Source: a virus (Duplodnaviria > Heunggongvirae > Uroviricota > Caudoviricetes). From it: DNA of 52,253 nt. The position numbers and the translations under genes were made by a program. Location of the stretch: the IMG/VR virus record IMGVR_UViG_3300011008_000006. One strand, given 5' to 3'. Positions 7,065-17,356 of this stretch are shown one piece after another; position 1 is the first letter of the stretch, and each line of letters opens with the position of its first letter. Under the pieces are notes generated by a model that made no database searches, was not told where the DNA came from, and saw only the letters and a program-made list of their open reading frames with translations.

Positions 7065-8618
7065 TTGGAACAAAAAAAGAAATACAACTTTGAAGTATTT
7101 AAAAAACGGATGAAATCTATCGCGCGAGCCCCTATATCTACAAGAACCTATAATAGTCGTTATGGTTGGAAAATAAATGAACCTGTTAGATCTGATTTCA
7201 CTCTAGAAGAAATAAAAGAGATTATTCGTGGTGGAGATATTATTGCTTTACGAGAACTTTCACGTTATTTTTATAGAACTAATAGTGAATATAGAAATAA
7301 TATTGATTTTCTCGCGCATTTACCATTATATGATACTGTTGTTATACCTAATTTTGAAGAAGGTAAGGGTTCTAAAGCATAGATTATAAAAGCATTTTAT
7401 AACGCTTGTAATTTTATAGATAAATTAGATGTTCCAAATACATTCGCTAATATTACTACTGAATGGTTAAAGAATGGTATTTATTTTGGCATTTTAAGAA
7501 TGAATGGTAATAAGCCAGTTATTCAAAGTTTGCCTATTGAATATTGTCGTTCACGTTTTAAAGATTTTAATAATTTAAATATTTTAGAATTTAATTTATT
7601 ATACTTTGAAAGTATTGTTGATAAAGAATATAGAGAGGAAGTAATTGCTTCTTTCCCTGAAATAGTTCAAAAAGCCTGGGCTGAATGGATACGTGCAAAT
7701 AAAAAAATAGACCCTTGGGTTTTAATTCCTGCAGGCGCGGGTGGAATAAGTTTTTTCTTTTAGCATGATTAGACACCTTTATTAATTGCGAGTATTCCTA
7801 CTCTTAAAAAGTTAGATGATGCTATTGGCCGCGAAGAAAAGCGCGATGAAAATGAATTATATAAGCTATTAATTCAGAAAATGCCAATAGATAAAAATGG
7901 TGAACTTGTATTTTAGCTCGAAGAAATTGCAGATATTCATGAGTCTGTTGCCTCTATGCTCCAAGATATTGATACTGTTGATGTATTAACTACATTAGGT
8001 GATACTACTCTTGAAAGTTTACAAGAATCTTCTGCGGCTTCATAGTCTGCGGATAAGATAGAAAAATACAGAAAGAATGCTTGGGATGCATTAGGGCGCG
8101 GCAATATCCTATTCAATCCAGATGGTAGTTCTTCTTTATCATATGCTATTAAAAAAGATGAAGCATTAATGATTGGATATTTGAATATGTATGAAACCTG
8201 GTTAAAATTTCATTTAAATGATAAATTTGCTCGTACTGGGCTTACTTTTGACTTTGAAATAATTCCAACTACTGTATTTAACCGCAAAGATTTACAAGGT
8301 ATTTATTTTAGTGGAGCGCAATATGGATATTCTAAGATGTTTGCTGGCGTTGTAATGGGTATTAAACAAATGAGTTAGTTAAGTCTAATGAATTTTGAAA
8401 ATGATTTCCTTGAAATGTCTATGAAGATGATTCCATTACAATCTTCCTATACTACTCCTGGTGGTGTAGTTGCGGGAGAACAAAAAAATAATTCTTCTGC
8501 ACAAAAAAGTAGTAGTAGCACGGCGAGTGGCAACATAAATAATACAGGAGGGCGTCCATAGCTTCCTGATGAATAGAAATCTGAAAAGACCTAGGCCAAT
8601 ATTGCAGCGGCAGGTTAA
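7065..8618 (+). CDS. Portal protein (517 aa, TAG=Gln)
   Basis: Position after TerL, size, continuous frame from TTG 7065 to TAA 8616. Confidence 0.8.
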
Positions 8619-8629
8619 GGAGAATAATT

Positions 8630-9868
8630 ATGGATAAAAAGATACCAATTTATTTTGATACTATTGTTTTAGATTCTCCACTTCAAGATATTCAGTGTGA
8701 AGATTCCAACGCTTTCCGTCTACATGTTGCTGTTTTTACAAAATATAAGAATCGTAATGGTTCATATATTACTGATGAATATGCTGATTTTTTAATTAAG
8801 TCTGCTACTCGCGGCAACACCCCTGTTGTTGGTTTCTTTGACCCGGAGGAGTAGAATTGGGCTTCTCATACTGGGCCAAAGTTAGCTAATGGTTATGGTT
8901 ATGTAGAAAGTTTTGATGGATGGACTCCATTACAAGATACAGATGGCGTTACTAGAGATTATGCGGTTTTCTCTGTAATTTTATTTACTGATTATTATGA
9001 AGAAGCGCGCAAAATCAAAGGACAGCATCAAAGTATGGAATTAAATCCAGAAACCATTGAAGGCGATTGGGCCGAATTTGATGGAGAATATTATTTTGTT
9101 TATACTAAAGGAAATATGCTTGGTTTCTGTGTGATTGGGGCGCATGAACCTTGCTTTTCAGTATCAACATTCTTTTCAAAGGATGATGATACATATAAAT
9201 CTCAATATGAAAAGTTCTCTTCACTTTTGTCTGGTCTAAAAGAAAAAATTGAAGAGACTGAAAAAAACATAAAGGGAGGAGAACAACCGATGGATGAATT
9301 TGAGAAAAAAGAAGAAGAAGTTGTAAATCCTGCCGAAGAACCTGAAAAAGAAGAAGAACAACCTTCTGAATTTGAGGCAGAGGAAACTGACAAAGAAGAA
9401 GAAAAGGAAGAAGAAATTCCCACTGAAGAAGAAACTCCCGCAGAACCTTCTGAATTTGAAAAACTTCAAGCCAGTTTTGAAGAATTACAAAATTCTTTTA
9501 ATGAACTACAAACTAAATTTAATGAAGCAGAAGCTACTATTACTTCACTAAATCAGGCCGCGGAAGCCTTACGTGAAGAAAATGGTAAACTTCAAGCAAC
9601 TGTCGCTAATTATGAAGCGGTAGAAGCACAACATGAAGTAGATAAGAAAAATGAACTTATTGAAAATTATGAAAAATATTTAAATGAAGAAGAAATTACC
9701 CCAATTAAGAATGGGTTAAATGACTTCTCTTATGACGAACTGGAAGGTAAGTTAGCAATTATTTTTGCTAATAAACAAATGACTGGCAGAGAGGAAACTA
9801 AGAAAGTACCCCTACCAGAACCTGAAAAATCTTCTTTCGCTTTACTTATGGAAAAGTATCGTAAATAA
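8630..9868 (+). CDS. Prohead protease/scaffold fusion (412 aa; single TAG at 8852)
   Basis: N-terminal globular domain with QHQSMEL motif; acidic linker and coiled coil; lies between portal and capsid genes. Confidence 0.7.
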
Positions 9869-9890
9869 TAATTTTAGGAGGGAATAAGTT

Positions 9891-10502
9891 ATGAGCATGA
9901 AAAGATTTCCTTGTGAACAATATGCTAGTCTAGAACTAAATCAAGTAGCATTCCCTAAGACTGGTATGGTTGTTTCTCAAACTCCTCTCGGAGATGCTTT
10001 CACAAAGGACGCTCCTTGTGAAAACGGTATGTGGGTCGTAGCTGATAAGGCTGTTGGCAAAATTAACGCTCCTGCCGCAGTTACTGATGCCCCAATTGGT
10101 ATTGTATATACCACAGAAAAAGAATATGATATTATGCACTATGGTCTAAAGACCTTTGGCCGCAAAGTTGCTGGCGATTATCCTCGTGTTGGTATTTTAG
10201 GTATCGGTGATACTGTAACTACTAATTGCGCTCAATATGATGATAGCGTATTCGCGGCTGTTACTACTGTTGGTAGTGAAAAGACTTCTGATGAAGTACT
10301 AGATGAATATCTATCTGGCGATCTAACCAACACTAATAAGGCTTATGTTGTAATTCCTGCTAGCACTACTCTATCTAAGGCTATTCCTCAGATTGTAAAG
10401 GCTCTACCAAACGGTTATACCGGTGCTTATGGTCGTATTGTAAAATATTACACTGTACCTAATGGCGAAAAAGGCATTAAGTACCAAATGATTAAGGTAT
10501 AA
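9891..10502 (+). CDS. Putative capsid decoration/structural protein (203 aa, no TAG)
   Basis: Strong SD, directly before the MCP, high-expression codon bias (CTA/GCT/GGT). Confidence 0.6.
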   Translation: MSMKRFPCEQYASLELNQVAFPKTGMVVSQTPLGDAFTKDAPCENGMWVVADKAVGKINAPAAVTDAPIGIVYTTEKEYDIMHYGLKTFGRKVAGDYPRVGILGIGDTVTTNCAQYDDSVFAAVTTVGSEKTSDEVLDEYLSGDLTNTNKAYVVIPASTTLSKAIPQIVKALPNGYTGAYGRIVKYYTVPNGEKGIKYQMIKV

Positions 10503-10516
10503 GGAGGTGCGGACTT

Positions 10517-11584
10517 ATGAATAATGATCTAAAAGTTTTAATGAACGGCGTATTTGGGCGTAAAGTTCCTGCTGAGTTCGCGGCCGCCGATTATGATTAT
10601 GAAGCTGCTCTTCGTGATGAATTAAAGAAGTTATTATGTGATGATAGCGGCAAGTTCAACCGTTATAAGTATGAACGCAATAAGATTGACCTATTTGAAC
10701 TATTATCTCAGAATTTAGATGAAGTATTACCACAAAGTCTAACTTCTGCTCTAGATATGTTCACTGAAATTATGCGTGTACCCCAGGGTTCCCGCCCAGA
10801 GTTCCGTGTGACTCGCGGCAAGCAACGTGGTAAGCAATTCGTTACCCGTGCTACCGAATCTGGTAACTACGAAACCTTCCGTCTAGACCGTGATCGTTTT
10901 GACATCCATATCTTCGCTATCGGCGGAGCTGGTGTCGTAGACTTTGAACGCTACCTAGATGGCATTGAAAATATTACTGATATTTATGAAGTAATTAATG
11001 AAGGTATGGTAGACCGCATTTTTGAATTAATTCAAGAAATGTTATTATCTGCTTGGAAGAAGATGCTTCCTGCTAACAAGGTTGTTGGTAGTTCTTTCAG
11101 TCCTACTGCTATGAAGAAACTTTGCAACACTGTTGCTGCTTATGGTTCTCCTGTAATTTACTGCTCTGCTGAATTTGCGGCTGAAATGGTAAATGCTATT
11201 ACCTACAACAATACTACAAAGATTTCTGACCAAGATGTAATTGATATTCGTGAACGTGGTTATGTTGGCAAGTTCCAGGGCGTACCTGTCGTAATTATGC
11301 CACAATCTTTCACTGATGAAACCAATACTAACCTAGTAATGAATCCTTCCTTTGCTTATGTAATTCCTACTGGCAAGGAAAAGATGATTAAGTTAATCTT
11401 TGAAGGTAATTCTTACTTCCGTGAATGGAATGACCATGAAGGAGACAATTCTATTACTCTACAAGCCTACACCAAGGTTGGTCTAGCACTAGTATCTCCT
11501 CTCAACTTCTGGGGCATCTATTATAATAGTTCTCTAGATACTAATACTAACTGGGCTGCTTACAACGCAACTCTAACTGCTTAA
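10517..11584 (+). CDS. Major capsid protein (355 aa, no TAG)
   Basis: Size, position, SD AAGGAGG, HK97-like pattern (GKFQGVPVVIMP), followed by a strong hairpin. Confidence 0.85.
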   Translation: MNNDLKVLMNGVFGRKVPAEFAAADYDYEAALRDELKKLLCDDSGKFNRYKYERNKIDLFELLSQNLDEVLPQSLTSALDMFTEIMRVPQGSRPEFRVTRGKQRGKQFVTRATESGNYETFRLDRDRFDIHIFAIGGAGVVDFERYLDGIENITDIYEVINEGMVDRIFELIQEMLLSAWKKMLPANKVVGSSFSPTAMKKLCNTVAAYGSPVIYCSAEFAAEMVNAITYNNTTKISDQDVIDIRERGYVGKFQGVPVVIMPQSFTDETNTNLVMNPSFAYVIPTGKEKMIKLIFEGNSYFREWNDHEGDNSITLQAYTKVGLALVSPLNFWGIYYNSSLDTNTNWAAYNATLTA

Positions 11585-11591
11585 TATATGC

Positions 11592-11621
11592 GGGCGGGCG
11601 AAATACGCCCGCCCCTTCTTT
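11592..11621 (+). terminator. Hairpin GGGCGGGCG-aaata-CGCCCGCCC after the MCP (partial terminator or stabiliser)
   Basis: Perfect 9-bp GC stem, weak U-tract. Confidence 0.8.
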
Positions 11622-11644
11622 GGAGATAAAAGGAGGATATTATT

Positions 11645-12082
11645 ATGGATAAAATTACTATTAAAAACATTTGCAATGCAACAGTTGCTCTATTTGTGCC
11701 TGATGCAAAACTAAGCCGTGAATTACCTTCTGGCCGTACCATCAATGTAGACAGAGAGACCTATGAAGCTCTTACTTTTGACCAAGGCTTTAATAACCTA
11801 GTAAATCTACATTATCTTCAAGTTATTGGATTAGAAGAAGATGAAGTAAAGGTAGAAGGCGATATCACTACCAAAGAACAAATTGACAGAATGTTAGACA
11901 CACTAGACATTACTGCATTTGCTAAATTTATTCCTAATGCCGCTCCCGCAGAGAAAGAAACTGTAGTTGAACTCGCTGTGGAAAAGAAGATTACTCATTC
12001 TGGCTTTGTAAGTCTAATCAAGAAATATTGCGGCAGAGACGTAATGGATCTTATTAATACAAAGCATCAAGAGGAAGATTAA
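11645..12082 (+). CDS. Hypothetical head/neck-region protein (145 aa, no TAG)
   Basis: SD AAGGAGG; intact ORF. Confidence 0.8.
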   Translation: MDKITIKNICNATVALFVPDAKLSRELPSGRTINVDRETYEALTFDQGFNNLVNLHYLQVIGLEEDEVKVEGDITTKEQIDRMLDTLDITAFAKFIPNAAPAEKETVVELAVEKKITHSGFVSLIKKYCGRDVMDLINTKHQEED

Positions 12083-12084
12083 CA

Positions 12085-12567
12085 ATGGCAACTCCATTTT
12101 TGCGAGTTTATGATGCCTTTTTAGGTCGTATAACTGCAGATGAATGGACTTTAGAAGAAGAACTAGCCATTGTTGAGCGGGATTGGCAAGAACTTCTTCA
12201 AATGGCTATTTTTAGATTTAAGTATCCTCGTGTAAGTTTAGAAATAGAACAATTAGATGAAGAAGAAGGCGAAACCTCGCTTCATAGATACTAGTTTGTT
12301 AGTAATTTAACAAATGATGAAATTCAATTACTTGCGTTATATATGAAGCATGAATGGGTAAAAAGATGTATCGCAAGTTGGGAAAATATCCGTTAGTTGT
12401 ATGCTGATAAAGATTTTTCACAAGCAAATCATTTAGATAAATTAAATAAATTAGAAGCAGCGATTGCTTTAGAAGTTCATAAAGCGGAGGGTATCTACGA
12501 CCGTTCGCGTTCTAAGCGCCCCGCTGATTTATTTAAAAAATTGGCAGGTAAAAAACATGCAAATTGA
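12085..12567 (+). CDS. Putative head-tail connector/adaptor (160 aa, TAG=Gln)
   Basis: Helical protein at the adaptor position; frame open through TAGs to TGA 12565. Confidence 0.6.
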
Positions 12568-12832
12568 TCAAACCTTTGATGGATATAGAAATAAACTAAA
12601 AGGTCGTCTATATGGGTTGCTTTGTGAAAAAGAAAAAAATGGCGAATGGGAAAAATTCTTAGATTCTATTATTATAGAGCTAAGAGGTCTTGGTGCTAAT
12701 TCAATAAATTGGTGGCCGCTGATTGGAAAGCTATCTTCATTACGATATTTATCTTTTGACTATTTTAGAAAAACGATATTTGAATGTATGAATTTAGTTG
12801 GCGGATTAGATATACCAGATGAATTATCTTGA
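12557..12832 (+). CDS. Hypothetical neck-region protein (91 aa)
   Basis: Intact ORF overlapping both neighbours. Confidence 0.75.
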   Translation: MQIDQTFDGYRNKLKGRLYGLLCEKEKNGEWEKFLDSIIIELRGLGANSINWWPLIGKLSSLRYLSFDYFRKTIFECMNLVGGLDIPDELS

Positions 12833-14033
12833 TACTTACTTTTCGCGTATAAACCATTTGGGAGAAACAACGGCGGAGAGAATTAGGAATGGTGGAATAC
12901 GCTCTTTCTTCAAGTGGATGGCGGAATCTCCACATACAGTTAGATAGTTATCTATTGAACGAGGATTATTTTTTGATGCTATTATTTTAACTAGTAAAGA
13001 CAAGGAATATTAGAAAATAATGTTTTTAAATGTAGCAAATAATATTCCTCTTGTTGTAGGAGATATAATGAACTGGCGGCTTAAAGATGGAAGCATTGAA
13101 AAATGGCTTCTATTTTCAGAAGAAAAGAAGGTTAATCCCACATATCGTACATTCTGGATGGTAAGATGTAATTATCTTATTAAATGGATTGATAATGAAG
13201 GACATTTACAATCTTCTTGGAGTTATATTGTTAGTTCCCTTGATTCTAAAATTAAAGGTAATTATAGAACTTGGCACTCATTAATTACGCCATAGCCAAA
13301 TAAATATGCTGAAATTTTAATGCCGCGGCGTCAAATTGACCGTGCGACAAACTTTATAGTTGAAGAAGAATCTTGGCAATTAATAGAATACGATCACACA
13401 AGCGTGCCAGGAACAATGTACTTATCTCTTACTGAAAATAAAATTAACACTATATATGATGATGTTGAAAACGAAATTGCTGATTTAGATAAACGGGCCA
13501 GGTATGAACTTGTTTTGCCACCAACTACTTAGGTATTTCATATTGGAGAAGAAATTAATCCAACTTTTACTATTATGAAAAATGGTGTACCAGTACAAAT
13601 GGAGACAGAATTTATTACACAAGATAAATATGTAGCTCGTATACAAAACGGTGTTTTAACCGCGGTCGGTGAAGGAGAAACTGATATTCGTGTTGTATTG
13701 AAAGATTGCACGGATATTGATCCACAGGACTTATTTATTCATATTGAGGTTGGCGCGGTGGATACTACTTTTTCTTGTTATATTGAAGGAAAAGATAAAA
13801 TTCGTTTAGGACATATAGAAACATATGTAGTATGTAGCACTTCAGGAGAAGTTATAGATGAAGTTATATTCTCTATTGATTATCCTGAATATGCTAATAT
13901 AGTAGAAACAGTAGATAATACTACTTGTAAAATATAGGCTAATTAGAAGAATAAACTTGGTATATTTACTTTAACTGCATAGGTTGGAGCAAATACTTAT
14001 ACAAAAACAATCCAAGTTGTACCAATATGGTGA
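12819..14033 (+). CDS. Putative head-closure/neck protein with C-terminal Ig-like domains (404 aa, TAG=Gln)
   Basis: Three ORF-track fragments joined by TAG; VARIQNGVLTAVGEGETDIRV resembles a Big_2 Ig repeat. Confidence 0.65.
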
Positions 14034-14043
14034 GGTGGTTTGA

Positions 14044-14562
14044 ATGGCTCAAGAGACACAAAGACGCTTTGCCGTAATGGGTGATAATGCTTTTAAATTA
14101 GCAAATAAATTAGTTAGTAATGAAAAATTATGTCGCTTATTAAAATATCAAACAAGAGATCCATTAAAAGAGACTGACCCAATTACTGGGAAAGCTCAAC
14201 CAGATATTGATGGAGTAGATTTACTACATAAACAAATTTTAATTGTCCCTAAAGTATTTGATGATAGTACAGAAAAAATGTCTTATGTAATAGCCGTATT
14301 TCATAGCTTTGTTGTAAATCAAATGAACTCTGAATTTAAGGTTTCAACAATTAGATTTGATATTGCTTGTCCTTATGATGAATGGGTGCTGAATGATGTA
14401 TCTTTGCGTCCTTATCTTATTATGTAGGAAATTGATACTATGTTCAATGAAGCTAAAATGGCTGGGATTGGTACTTTACAATTTTGGCGTGCTGACCCAC
14501 TTGCTTTAACACCTTATATTGGCGGCTATTCTATGTATTATAAGATAAATGAATTTAACTGA
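14044..14562 (+). CDS. Putative tail terminator/completion protein (172 aa, one TAG)
   Basis: Position before the tail tube; TIRFDIACP beta strand typical of terminators. Confidence 0.55.
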
Positions 14563-15331
14563 TAATGAGATTCTTAAATTTCAAAAAGGGTCTCCTATTT
14601 TATTAGATGATATATGTGCTATTTATCCTGCTACTTTAGGGGAAATTGTAGATGAAGGGTATGATAATTTTTAGAAATATTTAGGAATTATTACTGCTAC
14701 AAAACCTATTATAACAGGTAAAGAAAAAGACAATGAATTTGTTTAGTTATTAAAACAATTAACTGATTTTCAATATCTATTAATGACTGCTTCATTTGAT
14801 TAGGAAGTAAATCGTTTATTGAAATTAGCTTTTAAATTTTTTACTCATGAAGATATTTTTATTTCGCCAGAAACCGCGCAAATTATAATAGGTCCTCTGG
14901 CAGAGCGACACATTCTTACTGAAGAAAAATTTTAGGAATTTTAGCAAATTATTAAGCGTATGTATTTTCTTGAAACTGAAGGAGAAGAAATTATTTTAAG
15001 AGATGATGATACTCCATAGGTAAGAAGATTAAAATTACAAATGCTTGAAAACCGCGAAAAAGTACGGCGCGCGAAAGCTAAATAGGCTTAGCAAGAAAAA
15101 AATGACTTAAAATTTTCTGATTATGTTGGTAGTATGACTATCAACAACTGCGGGCTAAATATGGAAAATATTTGGCGCATTACTTATTATGCTTTTCACG
15201 ACCAGCTAAAAAGAATGGGATGGCGTGATTAGTTTAATATAAACAATCAGGCCGCGATGGCTGGTGCAAAAATTAAAAAGTCTCAATTGAAGCATTGGAT
15301 GCGTTCCATTGCAGACTCTAATAAATCATGA
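14549..15331 (+). CDS. Hypothetical tail-region protein, possibly chaperone-like (260 aa, TAG=Gln), absent from the ORF track
   Basis: Open frame apart from TAGs, TGA at 15329. Confidence 0.7.
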
Positions 15332-15354
15332 TTTATTATAGGAGGTAACTAACT

Positions 15355-16332
15355 ATGGCTGTAAATATTTTTGATAAATATGGCATTAAGGAAGTTGCTA
15401 ACGTATACTTTGAAGCTCTCGAAACCGATGAAAAAGCTGGCGTATACGCAGGCGACATCGTTCTATTCCTTGATACTCTAAAGGTTTCTACTATTGAAAC
15501 TACTGCTGAAAATACTGCTGCTCAAGGCGGTTGGGGTAATCCTAAACTAGTACAGTGGGACTATGGTAAGGAAATTAATATTACTCTAGAAGATGCTCTT
15601 ATGTCACTAGAATCACTACGTTTTATGCTTGGTGGTGCTATTAAGAGAACTGTAAGTGCTTCTGAACCTATCATTGTTCGTCATACTGAAGAAGTTGTAT
15701 GCAAAGCTGGCGGTGCATTACCTGTAATTAAGGATCACTTAACTGGTATTGCTCTAACTCCTGTAGCGAAGTTTGGTCATCCAATCCGTCTAATCAACTT
15801 AACTAAGGGTACTCGTACTCAATTAGAACCTGCTAGTGCAGAAGCTGCTGATATTACTCTAGCTGAAAATTCTGTTGTAACTTTCAAGAATCCTAAGATG
15901 ATTGATGGTGAAACTCAAGTAGCAGAAAAAGACGACCACATCCGTATCTTCTGGGAAGAAGTACTAGATGGCGATAGTGACCCTGAAACTGCTGTTGAAG
16001 TAACTATTTCTCCCGATACCTTCCCTGGAACTTATAAGGTTGTAGGCGATACTTTTATGCGCTCTGAAAAGACTGGTAAAGATGAACCATTCCAGTTCAT
16101 TATTAACAAGGCTAAGGTACAGAGCAATGTTACTATTACTCTACAAGCTGAAGGCGATCCTTCTACCTTTGAAATGCAGTTAAACGTACTACGTTCTACC
16201 AACGAACGTGGCGAAAATGAAATGATGAAACTTGTTCGCTACAATGTAACCGGCGATACTACTTCTGGTAGCGGCGATGATAAAGGTTCTGTAGCGGCTA
16301 GTGGAAGCGGCTCTGGCGGTGGCAATCCATAA
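15355..16332 (+). CDS. Major tail (tube) protein (325 aa, no TAG)
   Basis: SD AGGAGG, high-expression codon bias, beta-rich, AQGGWGNPKL and AEGDPSTFEM motifs, downstream terminator. Confidence 0.8.
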   Translation: MAVNIFDKYGIKEVANVYFEALETDEKAGVYAGDIVLFLDTLKVSTIETTAENTAAQGGWGNPKLVQWDYGKEINITLEDALMSLESLRFMLGGAIKRTVSASEPIIVRHTEEVVCKAGGALPVIKDHLTGIALTPVAKFGHPIRLINLTKGTRTQLEPASAEAADITLAENSVVTFKNPKMIDGETQVAEKDDHIRIFWEEVLDGDSDPETAVEVTISPDTFPGTYKVVGDTFMRSEKTGKDEPFQFIINKAKVQSNVTITLQAEGDPSTFEMQLNVLRSTNERGENEMMKLVRYNVTGDTTSGSGDDKGSVAASGSGSGGGNP

Positions 16333-16344
16333 TTTTAATATAAT

Positions 16345-16379
16345 CTAGGGGCAGTAAAACTGCCCCTAGTTCTTTTTTT
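16345..16379 (+). terminator. Intrinsic terminator CTAGGGGCAGT-aaa-ACTGCCCCTAG-T-rich
   Basis: Perfect 11-bp stem plus U-tract. Confidence 0.9.
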
Positions 16380-16398
16380 ATAAAGGCGGTGAGCCGAA

Positions 16399-17286
16399 AT
16401 GATTGACCAATATTTTGGTGTAAAAGAATTATATGAAGTTGTATTGCGTGCGAAAGTACCAATGCAATTTGGCTCTCGTTATATTGAGGAAGGAGAGCCA
16501 GTCTTATATTTTGAAAATGTAAGTATGGCCTTAATTTCTGAAAAATAGTCTCCTATTATGGCCCGCGGTGGTTGGGCAAACTTGCCGCGAGTAATATGGG
16601 AAGATAGGTCAGAAGTTAGTTTTTATATGTCAGAAGGAGTTATGTCTTCTATTAGTATGAGCGTACTTTTAAGTGCGAATGTTGCTAATGAATAGTAGAA
16701 TGATACTCCTCTATTAATTCCTAAACGAGAAGGGCCATTTGAATTAATTGAAAAAGAAATAGATGGTACTATATACCATGTATTATATATAAAAAATAAA
16801 CCAGTATACTATCCTCAAAAAAAGATTTTTATTTTTGAATATACTCGTGATGTAGTATAGAAAAAAGTATATGGTAAATAGTTAGACATAAACGATCCAC
16901 TTGGACGTACTTGTTTAGCAATCTATGAAGATAAAGAATTATAGCATAATGCAGATATTGATAAAGAATACCTAGTGGATTACTACTATGAATATGGAGA
17001 TAAAGCGTTAATATATACTGTGTAGAAAGAACGCTTTAATGGATTATTCACTCTTGAGGGTAAGTTTTACTCCAAGGATGAAAACGAAGGCTTAAATTAT
17101 ACAAATTTAATTTATATGCCGAAAGTGAGAGTTGTAAGTGATATAAACTTACGCTTGGGAGAAAGGGCTGATCCAGCGGTATCAACATTTAATATTATCG
17201 GGCTACCAGAAAATGTAGGCGGTAATAAGAAGAGCTTAATTATGGAAATAACTCGTCTAAATAGTGATGAAGACGGTGATATTTGA
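16399..17286 (+). CDS. Tail-tube paralogue/minor tail protein (295 aa, TAG=Gln), absent from the ORF track
   Basis: FGVKELYEV, ARGGWANLPRVIWED and ADPAVSTFNI parallel the tail-tube motifs. Confidence 0.75.
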
Positions 17287-17323
17287 GCCACTTCCCTCAG
17301 TGTAGGGAGGTGGCTCTTTTTTT
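17285..17323 (+). terminator. Intrinsic terminator GAGCCACTTCCCT-cagtgt-AGGGAGGTGGCTC-TTTTTTT
   Basis: 13-bp stem with one G-U pair, plus U-tract. Confidence 0.88.
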
Positions 17324-17356
17324 ATTTTCGGCGGATAAAGGAGAGAGGTGAAATAA

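Noticed and set aside
9202-9469. Two - strand Ser/Phe-rich ORFs
   Set aside because: Shadows of the Glu-rich GAA repeats in the scaffold gene
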